64,000 bases of DNA from Candidatus Bathyarchaeia archaeon (GTDB lineage: Archaea > Thermoproteota > Bathyarchaeia > Bathyarchaeales > Bathycorpusculaceae): NCBI GenBank assembly GCA_049520955.1, contig JBEKPG010000005.1, forward strand, positions 2,817-66,816, written 5' to 3'. Of this stretch, positions 50,817 to 61,011 are shown piece after piece. A model generated the notes under the pieces. The model did no database searches, had not been told where the DNA came from, and saw only the letters and a program-made list of their open reading frames with translations. A program made the position numbers and the translations under genes. The first letter of the stretch is position 1. Every line of letters starts with the position of its first letter.

Positions 50817-52939
50817 AGTTTGTATTAAAACGTGATAGTAAATTAGAATCCTTCGACCAAGAACGCATAACAAACGCCATTTGGAAAGCTGCTAAAGCAG
50901 TAGGCGGAACAGACAAAGCGTTAGCAAAACGCTTAAGTGACGAAGTAGTGGCTGAACTGCAAAAAATTTACGGCGACGACGGAGTTCCCACGGTTGAGGA
51001 AATACAGGATATCGTTGAAAAACGCTTGATTGAAAATGGGAATGCACAGACGGCAAAAGCCTACATTCTCTATAGGAAGCAGCATACTGACATGCGCGAG
51101 TTAGCAGCATTGTTAAGCTCCTCAGACATGGTGGATCAATACCTTGAGGTTGAGGATTGGCGCGTTAAAGAAAACAGCAACATGAGCTACTCCCTGCAAG
51201 GATTGAACAATTATTTATCATCCACTGTGATAGCTAAGTATTGGATATCAAGGATTTATCCTCAAAACATTGCCGATGCACACTTTTCAGGCGACATGCA
51301 TATTCACGATTTAGGCGTGTTAGGTGCATACTGTGTAGGCTGGGATGTAAGCGAGCTACTGCTTTCAGGATTCGGCGGTGTATCAGGTAAAATAGAAAGC
51401 AAACCAGCAAAACATTTCCGGACAGCATTGGGGCAGGTTGTGAACTTCTTCTATACGCTGCAGGGTGAAGCAGCAGGAGCGCAAGCGTTTAGCAACTTTG
51501 ACACTTACCTTGCTCCATTCATAAGATATGATAAACTAACACAGAAGGATGTTGAACAGGCACTTCAGGAATTCTTCTTCAACATGAACGTGCCGACCCG
51601 CGTAGGTTTCCAGACACCCTTTACCAATTTAACTTTAGATTTGACAGTGCCAGACTTCATGAAGGACGAAGCGGTTCTTTTCAATGGAAAGGTAACCCAA
51701 GATACATATGGCGACATGACTGAGGAGATGGAAATGTTCAATTTAGCCTTCGCTGAAGGTATGCGGCAAGGCGATTCAAAAGGCAGAGTTTTCACTTTCC
51801 CAATTCCCACATATAACATAACCAAAGATTTCAATTGGGATTCACCTGTAGCTCAAGCCATCTTTGAAGTCACAGCCAAGTATGGCGTACCGTACTTCTC
51901 AAACTTCGTCAACAGCGACATGAAACCTGAAGATGTACGCAGCATGTGCTGCCGCCTAAGAATAGACAACCGTGAATTACGAAAGCGAGGCGGCGGATTC
52001 TTCGGCGCCAACCCATTAACAGGCAGCATAGGCGTTGTCACCTTGAACATTCCAAGAATCGGCTACTTGTCCAAGGATGAAGACGAGTTCTTTGAGCGCT
52101 TAGAAAACCTGATGGAAGTTGCCAAATCAAGTTTGGAAATTAAGCGTAAAGTGCTTGAAGCATTTACAGAAAACGGTTTGTACCCATACTCAAAGCGTTA
52201 TCTGCGTCATGTAAAAGAAGGATATGGCAAATTCTGGAAGAACCATTTCTCTACCATAGGCATCGTGGGCGTGAATGAAGCAATCATAAACTTGATAGGA
52301 CAAAATATTGCGTCGCGCGACGGACAAGCTTTCGCCGTTAAAATGTTAGATTTCATGCGGAACCGCTTAGCCGACTATCAAGAGGAAACAGGCAGCATCT
52401 ACAATCTCGAAGCAACCCCTGCTGAAGGCACATCTTACAGGCTCGCCCGCATAGACAAACGCCGATACAAAGATATTATATTTGCTAACCAAAAACAAGT
52501 AACCGCAGACCATGCAGAACCATTCTACACGAATTCTTCCCAGCTACCTGTTGACTTTGCCGGCGACTTGTTCGAAGCGCTGGAGCACCAGGAAACTTTG
52601 CAGACGCTCTACACCGGAGGCACCGTATTTCACATTTTCCTTGGCGAGAGACTTAACTCTTGGAAAGCAGCTGCCGAACTAATTAAAAAAGTAGCGTGGA
52701 ACTCAAAGCTTCCCTACTTTACGTTAACCCCGACTTTCAGTATTTGCCCAACACACGGCTACACAAACGGCGAACACAAGCAATGCCCAGCCTGCGGAGC
52801 AAACTGCGAAATTTACTCACGAGTAGTCGGCTACCTACGACCAGTTGACCAATGGAACGACGGAAAACAAGCAGAATTCAATATACGCAAAACCTTCGAC
52901 CGATCAGCCATCACAGTTTCGCCGTCTCTAACCGTTTAA
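50813..52939 (+). CDS. nrdD: Class III anaerobic ribonucleoside-triphosphate reductase with ATP cone
   Basis: ATP cone (VLKRD), HIHDLG..YC, SMCCRL, EATPAEG, CPTHG...CPACG, YSRVVGYLRP glycyl-radical motif. Confidence 0.97.
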   Translation: MKFVLKRDSKLESFDQERITNAIWKAAKAVGGTDKALAKRLSDEVVAELQKIYGDDGVPTVEEIQDIVEKRLIENGNAQTAKAYILYRKQHTDMRELAALLSSSDMVDQYLEVEDWRVKENSNMSYSLQGLNNYLSSTVIAKYWISRIYPQNIADAHFSGDMHIHDLGVLGAYCVGWDVSELLLSGFGGVSGKIESKPAKHFRTALGQVVNFFYTLQGEAAGAQAFSNFDTYLAPFIRYDKLTQKDVEQALQEFFFNMNVPTRVGFQTPFTNLTLDLTVPDFMKDEAVLFNGKVTQDTYGDMTEEMEMFNLAFAEGMRQGDSKGRVFTFPIPTYNITKDFNWDSPVAQAIFEVTAKYGVPYFSNFVNSDMKPEDVRSMCCRLRIDNRELRKRGGGFFGANPLTGSIGVVTLNIPRIGYLSKDEDEFFERLENLMEVAKSSLEIKRKVLEAFTENGLYPYSKRYLRHVKEGYGKFWKNHFSTIGIVGVNEAIINLIGQNIASRDGQAFAVKMLDFMRNRLADYQEETGSIYNLEATPAEGTSYRLARIDKRRYKDIIFANQKQVTADHAEPFYTNSSQLPVDFAGDLFEALEHQETLQTLYTGGTVFHIFLGERLNSWKAAAELIKKVAWNSKLPYFTLTPTFSICPTHGYTNGEHKQCPACGANCEIYSRVVGYLRPVDQWNDGKQAEFNIRKTFDRSAITVSPSLTV

Positions 52940-52955
52940 AAAGTGACCCATTAAC

Positions 52956-53633
52956 ATGAAATTTAGCGGAATACAAAAAACTAGCCTTCTAGACTACCCC
53001 GATAAAGTAGCCAGTGTGCTGTTCACTCCAGGCTGCAACCTTCGGTGCCCATTCTGCCATAACTGGCGCATAGCCATAGACCCAAAGCCGCCGTTTCTGC
53101 AGGAGGCTGTTGCATTAGAAATCTTGGAAAGCCGCAGAAAATACGTTGACGCTGTTGTGGTAACTGGCGGAGAACCATGCATGCATAAAGAGTTACCCAA
53201 ATTCCTTGCTAAACTTAAAGAACGGGGCTTCATGGTTAAATTGGATACGAACGGTTTCTATCCAGAAGTACTCGAGGAATGTCTTAGCAGCGTAGATTAC
53301 GTAGCAATGGATGTAAAAACTTGCAAGGAAAAATACAAGTTGCTCGGCGCACAAGATACCGCGGGGCTTATGCGAACCATAGAAATCCTAAAGACGGGCA
53401 AGGTGCCCTATGAGTTCAGGACAACCGTGGTGCCAGAAATCGTCACAGCCCAAGATGCCACGTGCATTGGCGAACTGGTAAAAGGCTCAAAACACCATAC
53501 ACTCCAACAATTTATCCCGCAGGATACACTTGACAAGAGATTCCAAGCGCTCAAACCTTACGCGCCAGAAACGATAAATGACTTCGCAGAAATAATACGC
53601 AGATACACAGAAAATGTCTTGCTTCGAATGTAA
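52956..53633 (+). CDS. nrdG: Anaerobic RNR activating enzyme (radical SAM)
   Basis: GCNLRCPFCHN, TGGEP, KLDTNG, EFRTT. Confidence 0.95.
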   Translation: MKFSGIQKTSLLDYPDKVASVLFTPGCNLRCPFCHNWRIAIDPKPPFLQEAVALEILESRRKYVDAVVVTGGEPCMHKELPKFLAKLKERGFMVKLDTNGFYPEVLEECLSSVDYVAMDVKTCKEKYKLLGAQDTAGLMRTIEILKTGKVPYEFRTTVVPEIVTAQDATCIGELVKGSKHHTLQQFIPQDTLDKRFQALKPYAPETINDFAEIIRRYTENVLLRM

Positions 53634-54045
53634 ATTTAAGAACTGCTTGTTTTGAAACCTAGTGGAAATAGATTTGCAAATTAGTTTGTAATCAATACGT
53701 CCACATTAAGAGCTTAGCTACACGGCGTAAACCCACTTTATTCGACTCAACCTGCAAACAGCTTAAACTTTAAAGCAAAAAAGCAACCCAAAGCAATCTG
53801 TACAAAATTAGAGGGCAAACCCGTCAGTAACGTCAAAAAGGTAAATTAAAACAACACAGCAAACCAGTGGCACCAGCTCAATTACCTATTGACTAAAAAT
53901 TGCAGCTCAATACACAACTTCCCGATGTTTTCAATTATAACGCAATCAAACTGCGATTTCTTTCTTGAAAAGCAGGTTAGCAAATCAAAAAAATAATAAG
54001 CTAAAACAACCGAGCTATCTCAGTCTTAGAGGAGGAAAAACTGGG

Positions 54046-55329
54046 TTGAAGTTAATCTACGTTGCAATAGACGGCATGGGAGATTTGCCAATTAAAAGTT
54101 TAGGCGGCAAAACCCCTCTGGAAGCAGCTGAGACGCCCAATATGGATGCTCTCGCCAAATATGGCAAAACGGGATTGATGTACACAGTAAAGAAAGGTGT
54201 TGCGCCAGAGAGTGATGTTGCTGTTATTTCTCTTTTAGGTTATGACCCCTTCAAGTACAGCACTGGCAGAGGAGTTATCGAAGCCGCAGGCGCAGGCTTA
54301 CAAATGAAAGATGGAGACTTAGCATTAAGATGTAACTTTGCAACTTTAGGAAAAGGAAAAACCATAATTGACCGCCGAGTGGCAAGAACACTAACCACCG
54401 AAGAAGCCACTGACCTGAGCAAGGCAACAAACGAACATGTTAAGCTTGAATCTTACCCTGCCACTTTTGAGTTTCGAAACACTTTGGGTCACAGGGCAGT
54501 TCTATTAATAAAAAGCAAGGGAAAACCTCTTTCGAGCAACATAACCAATAGTGACCCCGCCTACACAATAGTTAACGGTATTGGCGTAGCACAAGCTAAA
54601 GTTGAAATGGTGCTGAAAACCTGCGAACCATCCGATAACACAGAGGCGGCAAAAGTTTCCGCGGCGCTTGTGAACGAGTTTATCGAGAAAACCCATAAAC
54701 TGTGGGAAAATCACCCAGTAAACATTAACCGGGCGGCTGAGGGCAAGCTTAAGGCAAACGTTGTTTTGACTCGAGATGCGGGGCATCTGCTTCCAAAATT
54801 TTTTAATATAGACCATCATTACCATGTTGACTTTGCAGCCCTGGCTGATATGCATGCCGAACGGGGCATTGCAGAGTTGGCAGGCATGGAATCCAAGCTT
54901 TTGCCGCCGCCATCAGGAAACCTTCAAAAAGACTGTGAGTTAAGAGTCAAAGCCCTGCTTGACGTGCTGCCTAAGCACGATTGTTTCTATATTCACCTTA
55001 AAGGTCCAGATGAACCGGGGCATGACGGCAACTGCACATTAAAAACGCAGATTATCTCAGCCATCGACAAATACTTCTTTGGGCCATTGTTAAAGCAGAT
55101 TTCTCTAAAAGACAACCTGATTTGCATAACCGCGGACCATGCAACGCCTTGCTCACTAAAAGTGCATAGCGACACACCTGTTCCAATATTAATCTCAGGA
55201 GACAAAATAGACAGTGGCAAAGCAGTCAAGTTCTGCGAGAAAGAATGCGCAAAAGGAAGTCTGGGCACTTTAGACCGAGGGTGCGAATTAATGCCACAAC
55301 TCATGGAACTAATAAAAAAACGAAATTAG
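54046..55329 (+). CDS. apgM: Archaeal 2,3-BPG-independent phosphoglycerate mutase
   Basis: AIDGMGD, KTPLEAAETPNMD, PESDVA, HLKGPDEPGHDG, TADHATP, HSDTPVP; TTG start after GGAGG (ORF track starts at 53965). Confidence 0.9.
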   Translation: MKLIYVAIDGMGDLPIKSLGGKTPLEAAETPNMDALAKYGKTGLMYTVKKGVAPESDVAVISLLGYDPFKYSTGRGVIEAAGAGLQMKDGDLALRCNFATLGKGKTIIDRRVARTLTTEEATDLSKATNEHVKLESYPATFEFRNTLGHRAVLLIKSKGKPLSSNITNSDPAYTIVNGIGVAQAKVEMVLKTCEPSDNTEAAKVSAALVNEFIEKTHKLWENHPVNINRAAEGKLKANVVLTRDAGHLLPKFFNIDHHYHVDFAALADMHAERGIAELAGMESKLLPPPSGNLQKDCELRVKALLDVLPKHDCFYIHLKGPDEPGHDGNCTLKTQIISAIDKYFFGPLLKQISLKDNLICITADHATPCSLKVHSDTPVPILISGDKIDSGKAVKFCEKECAKGSLGTLDRGCELMPQLMELIKKRN

Positions 55330-55425
55330 AGAAACGCATTTGTTCCGTTTTTCCTTTAAAGGATTCAAGGTGTAACCATTTGCTTTAATAAAGGATGAAT
55401 CACCCTAAAGTTTAGGTAACGAAAA

Positions 55426-55767
55426 ATGGCATACTTACGTGAAGCAAAAGAGACCCTTGAAGTCTCATATCCACTTAGCGCGGTTTGGGAAGTTATTCCA
55501 AAGGCAGTAGCTAAACTTGAATGGACGATCCAGGAAGCAAACGAAGAGACTCATAGCCTTAAGATTAAAACTAAAGGCACCTTCTTGTCTTACCCCTCAA
55601 AGCTCACGGTAAACTTGTCAGAGGTAAATGAAAAGACTACAAAGATGCATGTTGCAAGTGAAACTCCAGTAACTACGATTACTTCTGTGGCGGATTATGG
55701 CAGGACAAGTGAACGCATTGAAGTGTTGGTAGCGACCTTATCCAAATTAATGGCAGCAAAGCCCTAA
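55426..55767 (+). CDS. Hypothetical protein
   Basis: 113-aa ORF with ATG start and an alpha/beta pattern. Confidence 0.65.
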   Translation: MAYLREAKETLEVSYPLSAVWEVIPKAVAKLEWTIQEANEETHSLKIKTKGTFLSYPSKLTVNLSEVNEKTTKMHVASETPVTTITSVADYGRTSERIEVLVATLSKLMAAKP

Positions 55768-55770
55768 TTC

Positions 55771-56727
55771 TCATTCCATTATTTGAGAGCGTTTAAATGC
55801 AATCCAAGCTACCACCAGAAAGCCAGCGGTGTATGCGCAACCAATGACAAGAGATGTGGTTGCTACCGAACCGGTTGATTCAGTGTAGAGTAAGGGACCG
55901 TTTGGCAGTGCCGTTTCGTTCGCTGTTATAGCTGTCAGGTTTGTTTTGAAAAAGGAAACGTTTGCCGAAGGATAAAGCGCATAATTTACCAGGTTCGTGC
56001 CTATGTTGTCTGTGCCAGCATTTGTCGAGGTGGCGTTTTGGCCAACAATTAACGTTCCAGTGGCTCCTGTGCCAGGCAGATAATTAAGTGCTTGCGAAGG
56101 CCCTGAGTAGACTGTAACGAGTGGTCCTGCTATGAGGAGCGCAAGGAACAAGCCTATGGCCACTATGATTGTGACGATTGTGTTCTTTGATAAAGAACCC
56201 ACTGCAAACAGCAGCCCCACCCAAATGAAAGTACTAAGTAGGCTTCCCACGACGATCAGAGGCATATATTGAAGGTTGTTCTGCGGTCCGTAAACAGCCA
56301 ACGACGCAATCGTGATGTAGCCATATAACACAACGTACGAAATAAGCAGAAGTACGAATGCCACAAACAGTTTACCTATGAAAATCATTGTTCGCGACAC
56401 AGGCTTGCTCACCAGAGGTACGATTGTTCCGCTTTCAAACTCGCTTGAAAAGCTGTTCATGGCGGTTCCGATGGCTAAAAGCAGGAACACGAATGCGTTG
56501 CCGCCGAACGTGATTGCGTAGTCGTTGTTTTTTGTTATCGCTACACCTGATATTCTGCTGCCGATAACTGGTATCAGCAGAACTAAGGTAGCAACGACAA
56601 ATACCACTATTATTATGCCGATAAACTTCTTTTTGCGAATGTTCCATAGCAATTCATACCATACTATTGCCCAGAACCGGCTGAACCAGCTTGGACGCGC
56701 CCTTTTTTTATTTTCCATTGTGGTCAA
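55771..56727 (-). CDS. ABC-2 type transporter permease
   Basis: SFSSEFESGTIVPLVSKPVSRTMIFIGK; 6 TM. Confidence 0.9.
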   Translation of the reverse strand: MTTMENKKRARPSWFSRFWAIVWYELLWNIRKKKFIGIIIVVFVVATLVLLIPVIGSRISGVAITKNNDYAITFGGNAFVFLLLAIGTAMNSFSSEFESGTIVPLVSKPVSRTMIFIGKLFVAFVLLLISYVVLYGYITIASLAVYGPQNNLQYMPLIVVGSLLSTFIWVGLLFAVGSLSKNTIVTIIVAIGLFLALLIAGPLVTVYSGPSQALNYLPGTGATGTLIVGQNATSTNAGTDNIGTNLVNYALYPSANVSFFKTNLTAITANETALPNGPLLYTESTGSVATTSLVIGCAYTAGFLVVAWIAFKRSQIME

Positions 56728-57668
56728 TGCGGTTTTCCTCCTTGATCTTTGGTGACTAGTTGAATGAATATGTCTTCTAAATTGGCGTTTTTTTGGCTCA
56801 TTCCAACAATCACTCCGCCCGCACCCGTTACCGCTTGGGAAACTTGCGCTCTAATATCGCCATAAGTATTTACTTGAACAAGCAGGGTATTGCCAGTTTT
56901 CCATGTACCCGAAACGATGGGCAAGCTTTTGACGGCGGCAATAACTCCCTCAGAAAGGTCCACTAATTCAACATGTATCATTGCTGGTCCAAGTTGATGC
57001 GAAATGTTCTCCAACCTATCAGAAGCCACTATTGCTCCTGCGTTGACGATGGTGACATGGTCACAGAGCTGCTCAACTTCAAAAAGCAGGTGTGAGGACA
57101 GGAAAACAGTCATGCCTTCTTTTGAAATAGTTTTAACTAGCTCCCGAACTTCCACCATGCCAACAGGGTCTAAACCGATGCTTGGCTCGTCTAAAACCAC
57201 AAGTTCAGGGTTACTTAACAATGCCTGAGCGATGCCGATACGCTGCTGCATCCCTTTGCTGTATTTTCCGATAAGGTCATTCTCTCTCCCTTTTAAGCCA
57301 ACTAACTCAATTAGCCTGGGAATTTGCGCCGCCCTTTCCTGCTGCGACATTCCATACATGCGACCGTAAATGTCCAGAAGTTCGGCACCCTTGAGGTGCT
57401 TGGGGAACTTGGGCAGTTCAGACATATAACCGATGTTTAACCTTGAATCGGCGTCGTCCACTTGAACCTCTTTTCCCAGCGCCTTAACTGAACCCGAGGT
57501 TGGCCTAAGTAAGCCCACTACCATCTTTATGGTTGTTGTTTTTCCTGCCCCGTTTGGACCGAGAAAACCGTGGATAGTGTTTTTTTCGACCTTCAGATTT
57601 AGCTTGTTTACTGCGGTTAGGGAACCGAAGCATTTTGTTAGGTCTGTGGTTTCTATGGCGTAGTCCAT
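56724..57668 (-). CDS. ABC transporter ATP-binding protein
   Basis: GPNGAGKTT, YSKGMQQR, VLDEPS, SSHLL; start refined to ATG 57668. Confidence 0.95.
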   Translation of the reverse strand: MDYAIETTDLTKCFGSLTAVNKLNLKVEKNTIHGFLGPNGAGKTTTIKMVVGLLRPTSGSVKALGKEVQVDDADSRLNIGYMSELPKFPKHLKGAELLDIYGRMYGMSQQERAAQIPRLIELVGLKGRENDLIGKYSKGMQQRIGIAQALLSNPELVVLDEPSIGLDPVGMVEVRELVKTISKEGMTVFLSSHLLFEVEQLCDHVTIVNAGAIVASDRLENISHQLGPAMIHVELVDLSEGVIAAVKSLPIVSGTWKTGNTLLVQVNTYGDIRAQVSQAVTGAGGVIVGMSQKNANLEDIFIQLVTKDQGGKPH

Positions 57669-57743
57669 TAGGCACCGCCTCCTTTCTAATGCTTTCAGCA
57701 TGTTTTTGGATATAAGCTTTAACTTACCTGTTTTTTTTGGTAT

Positions 57744-58211
57744 CTACGGTTTTGCTTGGAAAGCTACTTCACGATACATTAACATAGCCATTACAAAGTA
57801 CAGAATAAACGCTAGTATGAAGCTCCCAGCCATTCCGTAAGAAATACCGTTAACAGTAAAGTTTGAGGCGACAAAGCGTGTGCCATTTATGAAAGCTGAA
57901 AGCACTGATATGAAAGCGGCGATTGAAAGAACTTTGTACACGTTGCTTTTATGGATGACCAGTACCAAATTCGCTACTCCTAATGCAATTGTTCCCATGT
58001 CAATGAGGAAGTGGCTTGTTAAAAGCAAGTTGCCTCCTTTAACGGCATAAACGATTGCGTCGGTAAATGAATTGGCGTTTGCTGGAAAAGTTGTCATTGG
58101 AGTGGCAATTAACAAGTTCAGTGCCATACCGATAAAGAATTGAGCTGTAAACAACGCAAAAAGCGCCAGCAGAGATGTAGATAGGGCTCCACGCTCCATC
58201 TTAGCAACCAA
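57744..58211 (-). CDS. Hypothetical 4-TM membrane protein
   Basis: Four hydrophobic segments. Confidence 0.7.
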   Translation of the reverse strand: MVAKMERGALSTSLLALFALFTAQFFIGMALNLLIATPMTTFPANANSFTDAIVYAVKGGNLLLTSHFLIDMGTIALGVANLVLVIHKSNVYKVLSIAAFISVLSAFINGTRFVASNFTVNGISYGMAGSFILAFILYFVMAMLMYREVAFQAKP

Positions 58212-58294
58212 AACTTAAGTCACCAATTTTAAGTAGGGTAGAAAGTTATTTGAATCCTTGGGTCTGAATAATCAAGTACTTGGCGGCGTAATGA

Positions 58295-58702
58295 ATGACT
58301 GGCAAGCGTATGCCGATCACTTACAAAGGCAGAAGCTTAGGAATACTTGTTTTAACTTCTGCGCAACTGTTTGTCGGAGCCATGCACGTTCTCTTCGGAG
58401 CTCTACTTATTGCGTTTGGAGCATCAATTTTGCGTGCAACCGAAGCATATAACGTTTACACCACGGTTTTTGGCCTCTCAGTGATAGTTTTTACTGTGTA
58501 TATTTGGAGGGGCAAAAAAGCAGGGTGGATCGGAACTGTTGCAGTTTCTTTATTTGTAATTGCCGCAGATGCTTTAACAGTTTTGAATTTGCCGAGCATT
58601 CCCGGAATACCCACGTTTGCAGCTGCAACCGAGATAGCTTATAGCCTTCTGGTTGTGTTTTACTTGTTGCAGAATAATGTTAGGGAAAAATATTTAGGTT
58701 AA
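58295..58702 (+). CDS. Hypothetical 4-TM membrane protein
   Basis: Four hydrophobic segments; ends YLLQNNVREKY. Confidence 0.7.
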   Translation: MTGKRMPITYKGRSLGILVLTSAQLFVGAMHVLFGALLIAFGASILRATEAYNVYTTVFGLSVIVFTVYIWRGKKAGWIGTVAVSLFVIAADALTVLNLPSIPGIPTFAAATEIAYSLLVVFYLLQNNVREKYLG

Positions 58703-58770
58703 TCTTCCTGGTTTTGGTCAGGCTGGTTTCTGTTGCTTTCTTAATTTAGCTTTTGAAGCGTTTGCAGGTT

Positions 58771-58860
58771 GAGTCAAAAAAAGTCAAGGAAAGTCAAAAA
58801 ACGTCAAAATAAGTTGAAAAAAGTCAAGAAAAGTGATGGTAAAGGAAAGTTAATTGACTT
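58771..58860. repeat. Tandem 10-bp repeat array (consensus AAGTCAARAA, about 7 copies) plus one inverted copy
   Basis: gagtcaaaaa aagtcaagga aagtcaaaaa acgtcaaaat aagttgaaaa aagtcaagaa aagtgatggt; TTGACTT at 58854-58860. Confidence 0.8.
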
Positions 58861-58953
58861 TTGATCCTGTGCAATAGCTGCTTTAACCGTTTACAAAGGG
58901 CGATAGAGGCTAAATACAAAAAGCTCTTTAGTTTTGAAGAATTCAAGAGCCCT

Positions 58954-59706
58954 TTAGCCCTGGCTCCATGCCGTTTGAGGAGTCTTCATCCAATCATGCC
59001 CGAAAATTTCAGCTTCTCCGCTCTCAATGCCCTCAACTATTCTTTGTGCCGTGTACTCCGGAGGGTCTGCTCTTTTGAACGCCTCTTGGGCTTCTGGCGA
59101 TTCTGCTTGCCCTTGTAGAGAAGCGTCTTTGATCGTGTTCTTTTCAAAGTCAGTAAGCGTAATGAAAGGGTAGGCAACACTGACTACTATATTGTCTTTT
59201 TCAAGTTCTTCTCGTGCAGTTAAGCTTATGTGAGCCAACGCGCGTTTTAGCGCTGAATATGGACCGTTATCAGGCAAATACATCAACGCTGTTCCTGAAC
59301 TTACGTTAACGATTGTTCCCCCACCTTGCCTTCTCATAAGCGGAATAGCTTCCTTCATGGCCACCAGCGGACCAACAACATCTAAATCAAAGATGTAGCG
59401 GAAAATTTCCAAATCGGTTTTCTCAACTGGAACATCGTATCCTCGACCAGCATTATTAACAAGAATATCTATTCTTCCAAAGTGCTCATACGCCCGCTTA
59501 ACCATGTTCTTAGTTTCTTCAACTCTGGAAATGTCTGCAGTAATAACAATTGCTTCGGGCAGTTCACTGGCAAGCTTTTCGAGTTTGTCTTTTGAGCGGG
59601 CAACTAAAGCCACCTTGGCTCCTTTACTGGAGAGAAGTTTCGCTACGGCTAATCCTATGCCTGAAGATGCTCCCGTTACAACGGCAACTTTACCTTTGAT
59701 TTCCAT
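58954..59706 (-). CDS. Short-chain dehydrogenase/reductase
   Basis: TGASSGIG, NNAG, VSSG, YSALK. Confidence 0.93.
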   Translation of the reverse strand: MEIKGKVAVVTGASSGIGLAVAKLLSSKGAKVALVARSKDKLEKLASELPEAIVITADISRVEETKNMVKRAYEHFGRIDILVNNAGRGYDVPVEKTDLEIFRYIFDLDVVGPLVAMKEAIPLMRRQGGGTIVNVSSGTALMYLPDNGPYSALKRALAHISLTAREELEKDNIVVSVAYPFITLTDFEKNTIKDASLQGQAESPEAQEAFKRADPPEYTAQRIVEGIESGEAEIFGHDWMKTPQTAWSQG

Positions 59707-59715
59707 CTGAATCCT

Positions 59716-60294
59716 TCAATCTATCCGTTTAAGAATCTGAGCAGGATGCTTCGGAGGAGCCTTTGGAAAGCCTCCTTTTGGATATCCGAATATAACTGCA
59801 GCATGAACGTCATGGTCTTCCGGGATACCAAGGGTCGGCTTAATTTTTGGGTCGTTTGCAGCGGGAACCGCTGTGCCTATCCAGCAGCTTCCAATGCCCA
59901 GCGTGTAGGCGGCAAGCATCATGTTTTGCGCTGCCATGGAACAGTCATAAACTACGTATTGAGATTTAGCGCCAGAAACAAAAATCAAGAGCGCCGCGTT
60001 GTAGAAAAGGTTGTAGTTTGGATCCGATAATCGTTTTTTTAAGCCAACTAAGCCTTCGTCGCCAACATCAGGCAACATCCGAATCAACCCAGATTTCGCA
60101 ATGTCAGAGAGGCGTTTCATTTCTGCTTTATTGGTGATGAGTGTGAATTTCCAAGGTTGAACGTTAATTGCGGAAGGAGCGTAAGTTGCCGCCTCAAGTA
60201 TTGTTTGGATTGCGGAGTCAAGAACAGGTTTATCTGCATAACTGCGAATTGCGCGTCTAGATTTTATTGCTTCTAAAACAGGATTTGTAACCAT
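59716..60294 (-). CDS. Nitroreductase family protein
   Basis: SRRAIRSY, YAPSAINVQPW, AAQNMMLAAYTLGIGSCWIG. Confidence 0.92.
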   Translation of the reverse strand: MVTNPVLEAIKSRRAIRSYADKPVLDSAIQTILEAATYAPSAINVQPWKFTLITNKAEMKRLSDIAKSGLIRMLPDVGDEGLVGLKKRLSDPNYNLFYNAALLIFVSGAKSQYVVYDCSMAAQNMMLAAYTLGIGSCWIGTAVPAANDPKIKPTLGIPEDHDVHAAVIFGYPKGGFPKAPPKHPAQILKRID

Positions 60295-60595
60295 AAAATT
60301 TCGCCAATGTATAGGAAGATTATAGGTTTATAAAAACAGTTCCCTAACAGGAAAGAACGCAGTTCTATTATTCTAACAAAGTAGGCGCACTGTTGTTGTT
60401 GAATTTGTATCCAGCGGCCAAGGGGTATGCTTTTTACTTAGTTATTTCAGTTGTAAAAAGCGGTAGGGAACCCGCCAATTTTGTTGACTGATTTCTTTAT
60501 CAAAATTTAGTTGAGAGGCAGATTTGCTTTTTAGTTTCTTTCGATAATATGAGGTGTAATTTCTTCAGCTTTTCTCGTTGTGTTCTAAATGATAT

Positions 60596-61006
60596 TCAAT
60601 TGGTTTTTTCCTGAAGCGTGTTCAAATAGGAAGTTAAGCTTTCAATGCATTGCATTTCTCGTCCAACCAGCGCTCGCAACTCACGCCAATACAGAATATT
60701 TATCTTAATTTTTGCCCGTTCCAAGCTTTCTTGTAGGCGTTTGGTACCTTCTTTGCCTCGTCTGTCAAAGTCTAAGAGAAGAATAACTTCGCGGGCCCCA
60801 AGGTTTTCTATTTCTGCAGTTGCTTCAAGAAAGGATTTGCCTCCAGTTTTAACTGTCAAGATTGCGCCGTTAACGCCTAATATGCGGAGGGCTTGGGCGT
60901 CTTTTTTGCCCTCAACAATTATCGGCTTGCCCTTCACTGATTCTTCAGTTAATTTGGCTATGATGAGCTGGATTTTTTCCTCTTTCTCTTTAAGACGCGT
61001 GGACAA
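60596..61006 (-). CDS. Small Toprim-domain protein
   Basis: IIVEGKKD and LLDFDRRG toprim motifs. Confidence 0.88.
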   Translation of the reverse strand: MSTRLKEKEEKIQLIIAKLTEESVKGKPIIVEGKKDAQALRILGVNGAILTVKTGGKSFLEATAEIENLGAREVILLLDFDRRGKEGTKRLQESLERAKIKINILYWRELRALVGREMQCIESLTSYLNTLQEKTN

Positions 61007-61011
61007 GTGTT

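Noticed and set aside
50813-52939. Intein in nrdD
   Set aside because: Length and motif order are normal; no splice-junction motifs
53658-53671. CCTAGTGGAAATAG resembling an ORB origin box
   Set aside because: Single degenerate copy, no G-string, and no cdc6/orc1 in the window
58771-58840. Possible CRISPR array
   Set aside because: 10-bp units with no spacers; no cas genes; no CRISPR seen anywhere in the window
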